Assembly: GCA_030426955.1 (NCBI GenBank)
Contig: JAUHXS010000001.1
Span: forward strand, 435,339 to 499,338
Length of the DNA: 64,000 nucleotides
Origin: Bacteroidia bacterium
Lineage (GTDB): Bacteria > Bacteroidota > Bacteroidia > Chitinophagales > JAUHXS01
Reading direction: 5' to 3'
Part shown: piece after piece, positions 56,402-64,000 of the stretch
How the letters are laid out: the number at the start of each line of letters is the position of its first letter
Numbering within the stretch: the stretch's first letter is position 1
Program-made: the position numbers and the translations under genes
Notes under the pieces: model-generated
The model's database searches: none
What the model was told of the DNA's origin: nothing
What the model saw: the letters and a program-made list of their open reading frames with translations, nothing else

Positions 56402-56995
56402 TTATAGAGAAGTGTGAGCGTAATATCCACTCTCAATATTACGAATAATGTTTTCGATATCGCGTTCTTCTTGAACATCATATTCATATTTTAAACTAGA
56501 ACCAAATAGCCGAGCTATACCTTGCCAAAAAAATGCTGAAAAGTCTCCACGAAGCTCTTTCACAACATTATAACAAGTGCGCTCTGTTTCTCTATCTATT
56601 AACTTTATTAATATTTTTCCTTGTCTTACGGTCATATCTCTAATATCACCCTCGAACTGTGCTTTAAGCTTTTCCTCTAATGCCTCTGCATGCTTTCTTC
56701 GGTCTTTCCCCTTCTCCATCAATGCTAACTCATAATCAAGCTCTTGTAATATAACGCCTGCTCTCTTTGCATATGGATAAACCTTTCTTACATCTCTTTG
56801 TAATCGAGTGTAACGCATCATATCTCTCCTACTTTTCCATGTACGTTTACCTACTACAGAAATCGGCTTTAAATAAACCATAGGAACTGTATCGCCGTTA
56901 ATAATGGTAGCATAGTAAAGGTCATTTTCAAACTGCGCCAAGGCATTTTGAGAAACGAATATAAAAACACTTATTATGATAATTAATAATCTCAT
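56402..56995 (-). CDS. DUF4294 domain protein
   Basis: Signal peptide. VYPYAKRAG...QGKILIKLIDRETERTCY...FWQ pattern. Confidence 0.6.
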   Translation of the reverse strand: MRLLIIIISVFIFVSQNALAQFENDLYYATIINGDTVPMVYLKPISVVGKRTWKSRRDMMRYTRLQRDVRKVYPYAKRAGVILQELDYELALMEKGKDRRKHAEALEEKLKAQFEGDIRDMTVRQGKILIKLIDRETERTCYNVVKELRGDFSAFFWQGIARLFGSSLKYEYDVQEERDIENIIRNIESGYYAHTSL

Positions 56996-57075
56996 ACTAC
57001 ATTACTTTAACGCAAAATCACACAAAAAGTTTGATTATGACTAGTAAAAATTATATTTTTATTTAAAATCATACT

Positions 57076-57222
57076 ATGAATACAACAAAAACCATGCCAA
57101 CTCTTTATTTTTTTATAGCAATTTTTGTTGTTAGCATAATTAGTTCTTGCGCACTACCTACTACATGCGGCCAATCTAAGAGAGACGCAAAAAAAAGATA
57201 TAGGCAAGGCACTAGCTATTAA
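57076..57222 (+). CDS. Possible 48-aa lipoprotein (below the ORF-track cutoff)
   Basis: MNTTKTMPTLYFFIAIFVVSIISSCALPTTCGQSKRDAKKRYRQGTSY: a hydrophobic helix followed by a Cys lipobox and a basic tail. Confidence 0.35.
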   Translation: MNTTKTMPTLYFFIAIFVVSIISSCALPTTCGQSKRDAKKRYRQGTSY

Positions 57223-57281
57223 GCATCAACCTCGTACCTTTTAAGCTTAATATTTGCGCGTTTTTTCGTATCTTAAATTAC

Positions 57282-59459
57282 GTGAATAATTATATATTAT
57301 CAGTCGGTTTAGCATTTCTATTCAACCTATGTATTGGGCAAGAAGTCTGCAACAATTGTATAGATGATGATGGAGATGGCTTTATAGACTGTTATGACAC
57401 GGACTGCAAAGACCAGTGTAATGATTTTTATTTTTCTCCCTCCGATACCACAATAGCTTCTTTTACCCACTGTCTAACCGACTCAGCCCAACCAATAACT
57501 GGGACTTTATCTTTACTTTGGGAAACAGATACCACTCTAGTATCTGGTCTATACACCCCAGTTGTAGGAGATATCGACGCTGACAATATTGCTGAGATCG
57601 TAATTCAAAACAAATTAAGGAACAGAATATTTATATATGATGGAGTAACAGGAGCAACTGAGAATATAATTACCACGAGTGGTATAATGAATAGTGTAAT
57701 GCTTTGTCCCACCATTGGAGATATCGATAATGATGGACTGGGTGAAATAATAGTACAAAGTCAAAACGGTACTTTACAGTGCTATGAACATGATGGTACT
57801 TTAAAATGGATATCTGATTCGACCGTAACTCTTGGCCCTGGAGCTGGAATTGCAGATTTTGACGCTGATGGCAACCCTGAAGTTTATGCTGGAAGTGCTA
57901 TATTCGAAGGAGCAACAGGAAAGTTAATTGTTGAAGATTTTACAGTCATCGGAGCCAATAAGTTTCACAAGAGGCAATCAGTCGCGGCAGATGTTCTATC
58001 CTTTCACAATATCGTTTGTACGGATTGCGAGGGGCTAGAGTTAGTTGTATATGACCAAGTTTATAGCGTCAATATATCGACAAAAACCTTAACTGTAAAA
58101 TCAAGCTACCCAGTAATGACAGGAGAAAATTCGAGCAGGGCTCATGTTGTGGACTGGAATATGGATAATCAACTGGATATCGTCGTTAATGGCGGTGGTG
58201 GTATTGATAGGCTAGTTATCTGGAATCCAAAAGATGCTTCACTTATTGCTTCTGCTCCTATTTCAGCTTTCAATCCTAGCGTGGGCACTTACCTTTCCAT
58301 TGGCAATGTAGATGACGACCCAGAACCAGAGTTAGGTTTTGAAAACAGTGCTAACAAGACCTATATTGTAATTGATAATGATCTTTCTATAATTTGGCAA
58401 AAACCAGTCAGGGATGCAAGTTCAGGCTCAACAGGTAGTTCAATGTTTGACTTTAACTGTGACCTAAAAATGGACATTGCTTTTCGGGATGAGTTCTACC
58501 TATTGATTATGGATGGTGCTACTGGTGCTGTATGGGATAGTATGCCATGTCGTTCTAATACATTAAATGAAAGACCCGTTGTTGCAGATGTTAACAACGA
58601 TGGGAAAGCCAACATTTTATGTACTTGTGGTATTAATGGCGCTAATACGGATATGAATATTAAGTCTTATGAAGGCCTTAACAATTGGCCATCAGCAAGA
58701 AAGGTTATGAATCAGCCAGCATACTTCAATGTAAATATAAATGATGACCTAAGTGTACCTTGCGAGCAACAAAATCACGCCTTATTAAATAGTGGCCATT
58801 TAAACTCATTTACCGCTCAAAGCACCATTATTGAAAATGGTCTACCAAATTGTGCTTCTTTATTAAAAGACATTTCTATTGTCGTGGATTCTACCTATTG
58901 TAGAGATGGAGAACAAGCTGTTACTTTAAGCATGAAAGTTTGCAATAATAACATTCTCCCTTTGGAAGACAGCATATCCATAAACATCTTCGATCAGCAA
59001 GACACGACCAATGCCATTATTGATCTAGACTCACTTATTTCCATTCAACCTTTTGAGTGTTCATCCATAAAACTTAGCATACCTTCTGAAGACTCATTAA
59101 ATTTATTGATCAAGACAAGTATTATTAATAATGATGAATGCGAATATTCCAATAATATTGACTATGCCTCTACTCCAAAATGTAAAACATTTTTCTTTTT
59201 ACCGAATGCATTTTCTCCAAATGGTGATGGCCTAAACGACTTTCTAGCAATTCGCTCATCGGGCATCGAAATATTTCAGCTGTCAATTTACGATAGATAT
59301 GGTAAAACAATTTTCACTAGTGTACAACCAGATGACAAATGGGATGCTACTTTCAAAGAGCAGGCTGTACCTAATGGAACCTACACTTACCAATTGTCTT
59401 ATACTGATTTGACTGGAATGAGTTATTCCAGTCCAGGAACCATTACTATCATCAGGTAA
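57282..59459 (+). CDS. FG-GAP/VCBS-repeat protein with T9SS type B C-terminal domain (paralog of 5951-7972)
   Basis: GTG start. CNNCIDDDGDGFIDCYDTDC motif. GDIDADN, GDIDNDG, DFDADG and DVNNDG loops. C-terminus LPNAFSPNGDGLNDFL...IYDRYGK...GTITIIR. Confidence 0.75.
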   Translation: MNNYILSVGLAFLFNLCIGQEVCNNCIDDDGDGFIDCYDTDCKDQCNDFYFSPSDTTIASFTHCLTDSAQPITGTLSLLWETDTTLVSGLYTPVVGDIDADNIAEIVIQNKLRNRIFIYDGVTGATENIITTSGIMNSVMLCPTIGDIDNDGLGEIIVQSQNGTLQCYEHDGTLKWISDSTVTLGPGAGIADFDADGNPEVYAGSAIFEGATGKLIVEDFTVIGANKFHKRQSVAADVLSFHNIVCTDCEGLELVVYDQVYSVNISTKTLTVKSSYPVMTGENSSRAHVVDWNMDNQLDIVVNGGGGIDRLVIWNPKDASLIASAPISAFNPSVGTYLSIGNVDDDPEPELGFENSANKTYIVIDNDLSIIWQKPVRDASSGSTGSSMFDFNCDLKMDIAFRDEFYLLIMDGATGAVWDSMPCRSNTLNERPVVADVNNDGKANILCTCGINGANTDMNIKSYEGLNNWPSARKVMNQPAYFNVNINDDLSVPCEQQNHALLNSGHLNSFTAQSTIIENGLPNCASLLKDISIVVDSTYCRDGEQAVTLSMKVCNNNILPLEDSISINIFDQQDTTNAIIDLDSLISIQPFECSSIKLSIPSEDSLNLLIKTSIINNDECEYSNNIDYASTPKCKTFFFLPNAFSPNGDGLNDFLAIRSSGIEIFQLSIYDRYGKTIFTSVQPDDKWDATFKEQAVPNGTYTYQLSYTDLTGMSYSSPGTITIIR

Positions 59460-59551
59460 TAACTACAAAAGTTCAAAATAGCTTTCTTCTTTAAATCTTA
59501 AAATGTAAATTTGCACACCGTTATATTTTAATGGTCAATGTTCTTTACTAT

Positions 59552-59640
59552 GGCGTGGTATTAGCCAGTAGTCTAACAAGGCTCAGAAGGTTAGAGCGCA
59601 GGATTCATATCCGCCAGATGGCGGACGGCGTTCAATTCCG
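59552..59640 (+). pseudogene. Decayed duplicate of the 5' two-thirds of the downstream tRNA(CAT)
   Basis: ggcgtggta, gctcagaaggttagagcgcaggattcata and ggcgttcaattccg match 59908-59970. They are interrupted by a 20-nt insertion and a ccgccagatggcgg hairpin, and no 3' acceptor strand is present. Confidence 0.75.
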
Positions 59641-59654
59641 AAGAGAGAAGATTA

Positions 59655-59930
59655 ATGTTCTTTATGTATTTTGTTTATATTATTTATTCAATTAAATTCA
59701 ATAAGATTTACATTGGATATTCATCAAACCTTGAGGAAAGATTAAAATCACACAATATCTATTCCAGTAAAGGTTGGACTAAGAAATTTAGACCTTGGAG
59801 TCTGGTTTACTCAGAGTCAATTCAAACTAAAAGTGAAGCATTGAAGAGAGAAAAACAATTAAAATCAGCTCAAGGAAGACAATTTGCCTGGAAGCAGGTT
59901 GACATTTGGCGTGGTAGCTCAGAAGGTTAG
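59655..59930 (+). CDS. Small GIY-YIG nuclease family protein
   Basis: YFVYIIYS...KIYIGYSSNLEERLKSHN...EALKREKQLKS motifs. The last 23 nt and the stop codon lie inside the tRNA gene. Confidence 0.8.
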   Translation: MFFMYFVYIIYSIKFNKIYIGYSSNLEERLKSHNIYSSKGWTKKFRPWSLVYSESIQTKSEALKREKQLKSAQGRQFAWKQVDIWRGSSEG

Positions 59931-59981
59931 AGCGCAGGATTCATAACCCTGAGGTCGGCGGTTCAATTCCGCCTCACGCTA
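59908..59981 (+). tRNA. tRNA with CAT anticodon (Met, or Ile2 if lysidine-modified)
   Basis: Hand-folded cloverleaf. Acceptor ggcgtgg/tcacgct (two G-U pairs), D arm gctcagaaggttagagc, anticodon loop ttCATaa, T arm ggcgg-ttcaatt-ccgcc. No encoded CCA. Confidence 0.85.
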
Positions 59982-59985
59982 CTTT

Positions 59986-60067
59986 GCCGCGGTGGCGGAA
60001 TTGGTAGACGCGTTGGTCTCAAACACCAATGAAGCAATTCGTGTGGGTTCGATTCCCACCCGCGGTA
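59986..60067 (+). tRNA. tRNA-Leu (CAA)
   Basis: Acceptor gccgcgg/ccgcggt. Anticodon arm ttggt-ctCAAac-accaa. Long variable arm. T arm gtggg-ttcgatt-cccac. Confidence 0.85.
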
Positions 60068-60076
60068 CTTTTTACC

Positions 60077-60328
60077 TTAGTTCTTAATGCAAGTATATTT
60101 CGTATTAATATACTCATACTGCCCTTGTCCTTTGTCAATTGTTTCGGTTGAGTCAAAGCCATTATAATATTCGTAGTCATCTCCACAATACTCTACCTCT
60201 GGCCCATCTTTTGGCAGTTGATTTGGAGAGCCATAATTATTACTCCAAGTTTTAGTATAATGGCATGTTCCACATTTCTTGCAACTTAAAAAGCCAACTA
60301 AAGACAATAAAAAAATTATATACTTCAT
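60077..60328 (-). CDS. Small Cys-rich lipoprotein
   Basis: MKYIIFLLSLVGFLSC lipobox. Start taken at the internal ATG. Confidence 0.45.
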   Translation of the reverse strand: MKYIIFLLSLVGFLSCKKCGTCHYTKTWSNNYGSPNQLPKDGPEVEYCGDDYEYYNGFDSTETIDKGQGQYEYINTKYTCIKN

Positions 60329-60392
60329 ATTATTTAGATTTTCCAATCAATGATGATTTTACAAATTTACATTAAAAAATTCCACTAATTAG

Positions 60393-62246
60393 TTATATGT
60401 TATTTTCAAATGAATCTATCCATTTTTGCACGTTCTCTTCTAAAATAGTCAAACTTACTGAACCATTTGTCAAAACAACATCGTGAAAAGCTCTTATGTC
60501 AAACTTCTCCCCTAATGTATCTTCCGCTATCTTTCTTAGCTCCAATATTCTCAACTGTCCTATCTTATAAGCTGTTGCTTGACCAGGCATTACAATATGT
60601 CGCTCTACCATTTTCACACAATCCCCGAGTGCATTAGGTGTATTTTCTGCATAGAAATTGATCGCCTCTTCTCTTGTCCACTTTTTATAATGAATTCCGA
60701 CATCTGCCACTAATCTGCAACTCCTCCATAGCTCCATTGCCAAACGACCAAAGTCAGCATATGGATCGTCATAAAAGCCCATTTCTTTGGGTATATATTC
60801 TGAATAAAGCCCCCAACCTTCAACATAGGCAGTATGTTTCAGACCATGTTTTCTAATCTTCGGCAGTTCTTCCAATTCTTGATTTATGCTAATCTGCATA
60901 TGATGCCCTGGAATAGCTTCGTGGTACGCCAAGGCTTCCATTTGATATTTGGGCATTTGTGACATGTCATACATATTAGCATAATATCTTCCTGGACGTG
61001 AACCATCTGGTGCACCTCCTTCATAAAAGGCTTTTCCAGCCGCTTTTTCACGAAATGCCTCTACTGCCTTTACCTCTAGTTTTGCTTTGGGCTTTGTCAT
61101 AAATAAGTCATCTAGCTTTAGGCGCATATCATCGATAATGCTGTTAACCTCTTTCATATAAGCGGCTCGCCCCTCTTCTGAATCATCGTAATAAAATTGC
61201 TCATCTTCGCGCATGAACTTAAAAAAGGCTTTTAAATCTCCTTCAAATCCAACTGCCTTCATAATATCCCTCATTTGAGCATGAATACGCTTAACTTCTT
61301 CTTGTCCTGTATTAAATATTTCCTCAGGAGTTAGTTCCGTTGTAGTAGTTTGATTTAATGCAAAGACATAAAAATCATTACCACTTGGCAACTTCCAAGC
61401 ACCTGCATCTTCTGTCGCCTGAGCTTTCAAGCCTTTAACACACACTAAAAGACTATCATAGGCAGGCTTAAAGTCCTTTTTTAAAGCTTCTGCCGCTTCT
61501 GAAAGCAACTCATTCTTTGTTTTTATATTTAAGAAATCCAGCTTATTGATCTTTTTATTAAAGTCCTCTAATATTGGAGAAAGTTTTTCCGAATCATCAA
61601 ACGGAACGCCAGAAATGATCTGTTCACAGGAATTAATTACATGATCAAAAACAAATTTCGGTGCAATAATTCCAAGTGATGCCCTTTTCTCCAGCCCCTC
61701 TACCGTTTGAGCAAGGAATCTATTAACGCCCTTTATTCGCTTAATATATGCCTTTGCATCTTCTAGGCTATCAATTCTATGTTTGTTTATCAAAAAGGAA
61801 ACCACAGTTGCATGCTTACCATACATCTGGTTTACCGGATATGAATGATATCTATATTGATATCCCTCAATGTGCTGCTCCCAATCCTCTTTGACTAATC
61901 GATAGGTTAGTTGTGCCTGAACACTTAGTTGCTCTATATTAAAATGACTTTCCAGGTAAGCTAAATAATCTTTAATGCGATTATATTCCTGCAGTTCCAG
62001 AGAGTCAGACAAGTTATTCCATTCATCATATCTTCTTTTTATCCCTAGGCTAGTTAGCCATTGTGGATATTGCTCCACCACTTCATTAAAAACGCTATCC
62101 ATCCAAACATTAAATCTTTTCGTTTGATCAATTTCAACTGTTTTAGAAGGCTGAGAATTTTCAGGCTGGTTACCATCATTGCAGGAAAAAATAGTCGTGA
62201 CTAATATTAACCATCCGTAGTATTTTAATTTATTGGCACGTAACAT
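60393..62246 (-). CDS. DUF885 family protein (gluzincin-like, HExxH-variant)
   Basis: 617 aa with a lipoprotein-type signal (IFSC) and HEAIPGHH, characteristic of DUF885. Confidence 0.7.
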   Translation of the reverse strand: MLRANKLKYYGWLILVTTIFSCNDGNQPENSQPSKTVEIDQTKRFNVWMDSVFNEVVEQYPQWLTSLGIKRRYDEWNNLSDSLELQEYNRIKDYLAYLESHFNIEQLSVQAQLTYRLVKEDWEQHIEGYQYRYHSYPVNQMYGKHATVVSFLINKHRIDSLEDAKAYIKRIKGVNRFLAQTVEGLEKRASLGIIAPKFVFDHVINSCEQIISGVPFDDSEKLSPILEDFNKKINKLDFLNIKTKNELLSEAAEALKKDFKPAYDSLLVCVKGLKAQATEDAGAWKLPSGNDFYVFALNQTTTTELTPEEIFNTGQEEVKRIHAQMRDIMKAVGFEGDLKAFFKFMREDEQFYYDDSEEGRAAYMKEVNSIIDDMRLKLDDLFMTKPKAKLEVKAVEAFREKAAGKAFYEGGAPDGSRPGRYYANMYDMSQMPKYQMEALAYHEAIPGHHMQISINQELEELPKIRKHGLKHTAYVEGWGLYSEYIPKEMGFYDDPYADFGRLAMELWRSCRLVADVGIHYKKWTREEAINFYAENTPNALGDCVKMVERHIVMPGQATAYKIGQLRILELRKIAEDTLGEKFDIRAFHDVVLTNGSVSLTILEENVQKWIDSFENNI

Positions 62247-62463
62247 ATCTATTAAAAATTTCAGTGAATTACTAAAGGTATTGATTATATCACAAATCTT
62301 AAGTTTTTATCTATCAAATTAGATTTTGTTGCAAATCAAAAGCTAGCTTAAATCTGTCATTAAAATTTCGATTTTCCGCAAAAAAATTAGGCGTACAATT
62401 AAAAAAATATAGCAATAAAGTAAATCAATTTCAAAAAAAGCAAAAACAAAATAAAAAACAATC

Positions 62464-62942
62464 AATTACTTATTTGTAATAATTAATTGGGCTATATTAA
62501 AATTATGACAAAATTCTGTGTTCATGATCTTAATTGAAAAAAATTCTAACCCCAATCTAATATTAAAACCATAAAAAAATAAATATCAATAATTTATAAC
62601 AATAATATTAATTATTAATTAAATATTAACCAATTGATTTTCAATAAATTTATTATTCCATAATCAATAATACAATTATAAAAACATTATATAAAATATA
62701 CTAATTATTAAAAAACAATTAATTATAAAACTAAAACTAATATTATCAGACTAAAATATCTGTACTAAATACAAGCCCTACTCCCCTCTTCGAATAAAAA
62801 ATCAATCACTGACTTATTATAGATTGAAGCATTCAAAGAGAACAAATTATTAGTACAAGTTAAAATAAATGATAAGATCGTTACTCAAAATAGAAAACAA
62901 CAAAAAAACAAGTATCGAAATAATTATTACAAATAAGTAATT
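62464..62942. repeat. 479-bp AT-rich segment bounded by 22-bp perfect inverted repeats
   Basis: 62464-62485 aattacttatttgtaataatta is the exact reverse complement of 62921-62942 taattattacaaataagtaatt. The 435-bp interior has no ORF. Confidence 0.8.
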
Positions 62943-63071
62943 AAATTAAAAGAACACCCCTGCCTGTTTCCATGTCGGTAGAATGAAAGCCAAAAACAAT
63001 TGAATAATTTTTTTATTCAATTTGCATAAAATATTTAATCATTTTATTATATTCGAATAAGATATTTATTC

Positions 63072-63848
63072 ATGACGTATCTGGCAGAAAACCTAAAACA
63101 TCTAAGAAAGCTTTATAAATTATCTCAAGAGGATTTTGCTGGAGAATTATCCATCAAAAAACCACGACTTGCAGCTTATGAAACATTGAGGGCAGAACCC
63201 CCTCTTTCTCTTTTAAATAGTATATGTGAGTATTTTAAACTTTCTATGGACATCGTTGTCAATTCTGATTTAAAGAATGTCAGTTTAGATGAAATTAAAA
63301 AGCTGGGCAAAGACAGAGTTTTATTTCCAATAAAGGTTCAAGATGATAAACATACAACTATTGAAATCATCACGCCACTGCAGGCAAAAGAATATCTAGA
63401 CAACTACAGTAATCCTGAGTTCATCAAAAACCTAAAGATCATTACGCTTCCTTTTAAGTCTAGATCAAAGCTTAGAGCATTCCCAGTATATGGTAAAGCA
63501 ATGCTACCCATTACCGAGGGCTCTTATATTATAGGTAAATACATCCGTTCGCCAAAGCGAATTAAAGACAACTACACCTACACACTACTCACAAGAGACA
63601 AGGGACTCATTTATCACAGAACAAATAATCTACAAAGAAAAGAGCAGATAGAATGTATTTCAGATAATAAGATATTTCCTCCTTTTTCTATTGCCTATCA
63701 AGATATTATTGAGATATGGCAATACAAATACCATGTTGACACCAAGCGTGATAATCCAGATGGCTTTGAGCCAACTTATATTGTCAACTTACTTGAAAAA
63801 CTTCAATCAGAAATTGCCGAACTAAAAAACCAACTCAACCAAAAATAA
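63072..63848 (+). CDS. XRE-family HTH regulator with S24 (LexA/CI)-like C-terminal domain lacking the catalytic Ser
   Basis: N-terminal HTH (LRKLYKLSQEDFAGELSI). The C-terminal AFPVYGKAMLPITEGSYIIG aligns to the V.GDSM.P...GD motif, with Ala where the nucleophile Ser would be. Confidence 0.65.
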   Translation: MTYLAENLKHLRKLYKLSQEDFAGELSIKKPRLAAYETLRAEPPLSLLNSICEYFKLSMDIVVNSDLKNVSLDEIKKLGKDRVLFPIKVQDDKHTTIEIITPLQAKEYLDNYSNPEFIKNLKIITLPFKSRSKLRAFPVYGKAMLPITEGSYIIGKYIRSPKRIKDNYTYTLLTRDKGLIYHRTNNLQRKEQIECISDNKIFPPFSIAYQDIIEIWQYKYHVDTKRDNPDGFEPTYIVNLLEKLQSEIAELKNQLNQK

Positions 63849-63853
63849 ACCAC

Positions 63854-64000
63854 ATGAACGTAAACTACTTAACCATTTACCAACCTGCTAGCGCTAAGAA
63901 GAAAAGCGCTTCTGCTAGAGCAATTATCAATAGTCCGTTTTACGGATTATATAAACAGGTATATAAAAACAGTGTATTCCACCAGTTTTGCAAGCAGCAT
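63854..64000 (+). CDS. Hypothetical protein (partial; continues beyond the window)
   Basis: ATG 6 nt after the XRE gene stop. Open to the window end (MNVNYLTIYQPASAKKK...). Confidence 0.3.
   Translation, partial: MNVNYLTIYQPASAKKKSASARAIINSPFYGLYKQVYKNSVFHQFCKQH

Noticed and set aside
62247-63071. AT-rich ORF-free spacer as a chromosomal replication origin
   Set aside because: I found no TTATCCACA/TGTGGATAA-type DnaA boxes by eye, and no dnaA, dnaN or other origin-linked genes flank it.

Overview
AT-rich chromosomal window (by eye about one third G+C) of a Bacteroidota-type genome. Supporting signs are many T9SS type A and type B C-terminal sorting domains, TonB-dependent receptors, SUMF1/GldJ-like folds and a TAnnTTTG -7 box. 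From left to right: an arginine biosynthesis cluster (argD-like 3' end, argF', GNAT, argB, argE-like, argH); T9SS cargo genes; a chimeric pseudogene; a response regulator with a lipoprotein and TonB receptor; gpmI; a cobalamin riboswitch ahead of a 5-gene putative corrinoid-capture locus; a frameshifted RhuM-Fic/DOC gene; a nucleotide-sugar, LPS and glycosyltransferase block; a 1879-aa BNR/PKD-like T9SS adhesin with near-identical internal tandem repeats; mnmA, msrA and bshB1; and a tRNA(CAT)/tRNA-Leu pair. The tRNA(CAT) is preceded by a small GIY-YIG gene and a decayed duplicate of the tRNA 5' portion. The window ends with an 825-bp ORF-free AT-rich spacer carrying 22-bp perfect inverted repeats, followed by an XRE/S24-like regulator. 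No CRISPR array, rRNA or recognisable transposase or integrase was seen. The items I would look at first are small non-coding structures: nested palindromic intergenic elements, 7-nt-periodic AGG tracts, the tRNA/GIY-YIG duplication and the inverted-repeat-bounded AT-rich segment. The composition of the riboswitch-controlled locus is also worth checking. All functional calls come from reading the translated motifs by eye. No database search was run.
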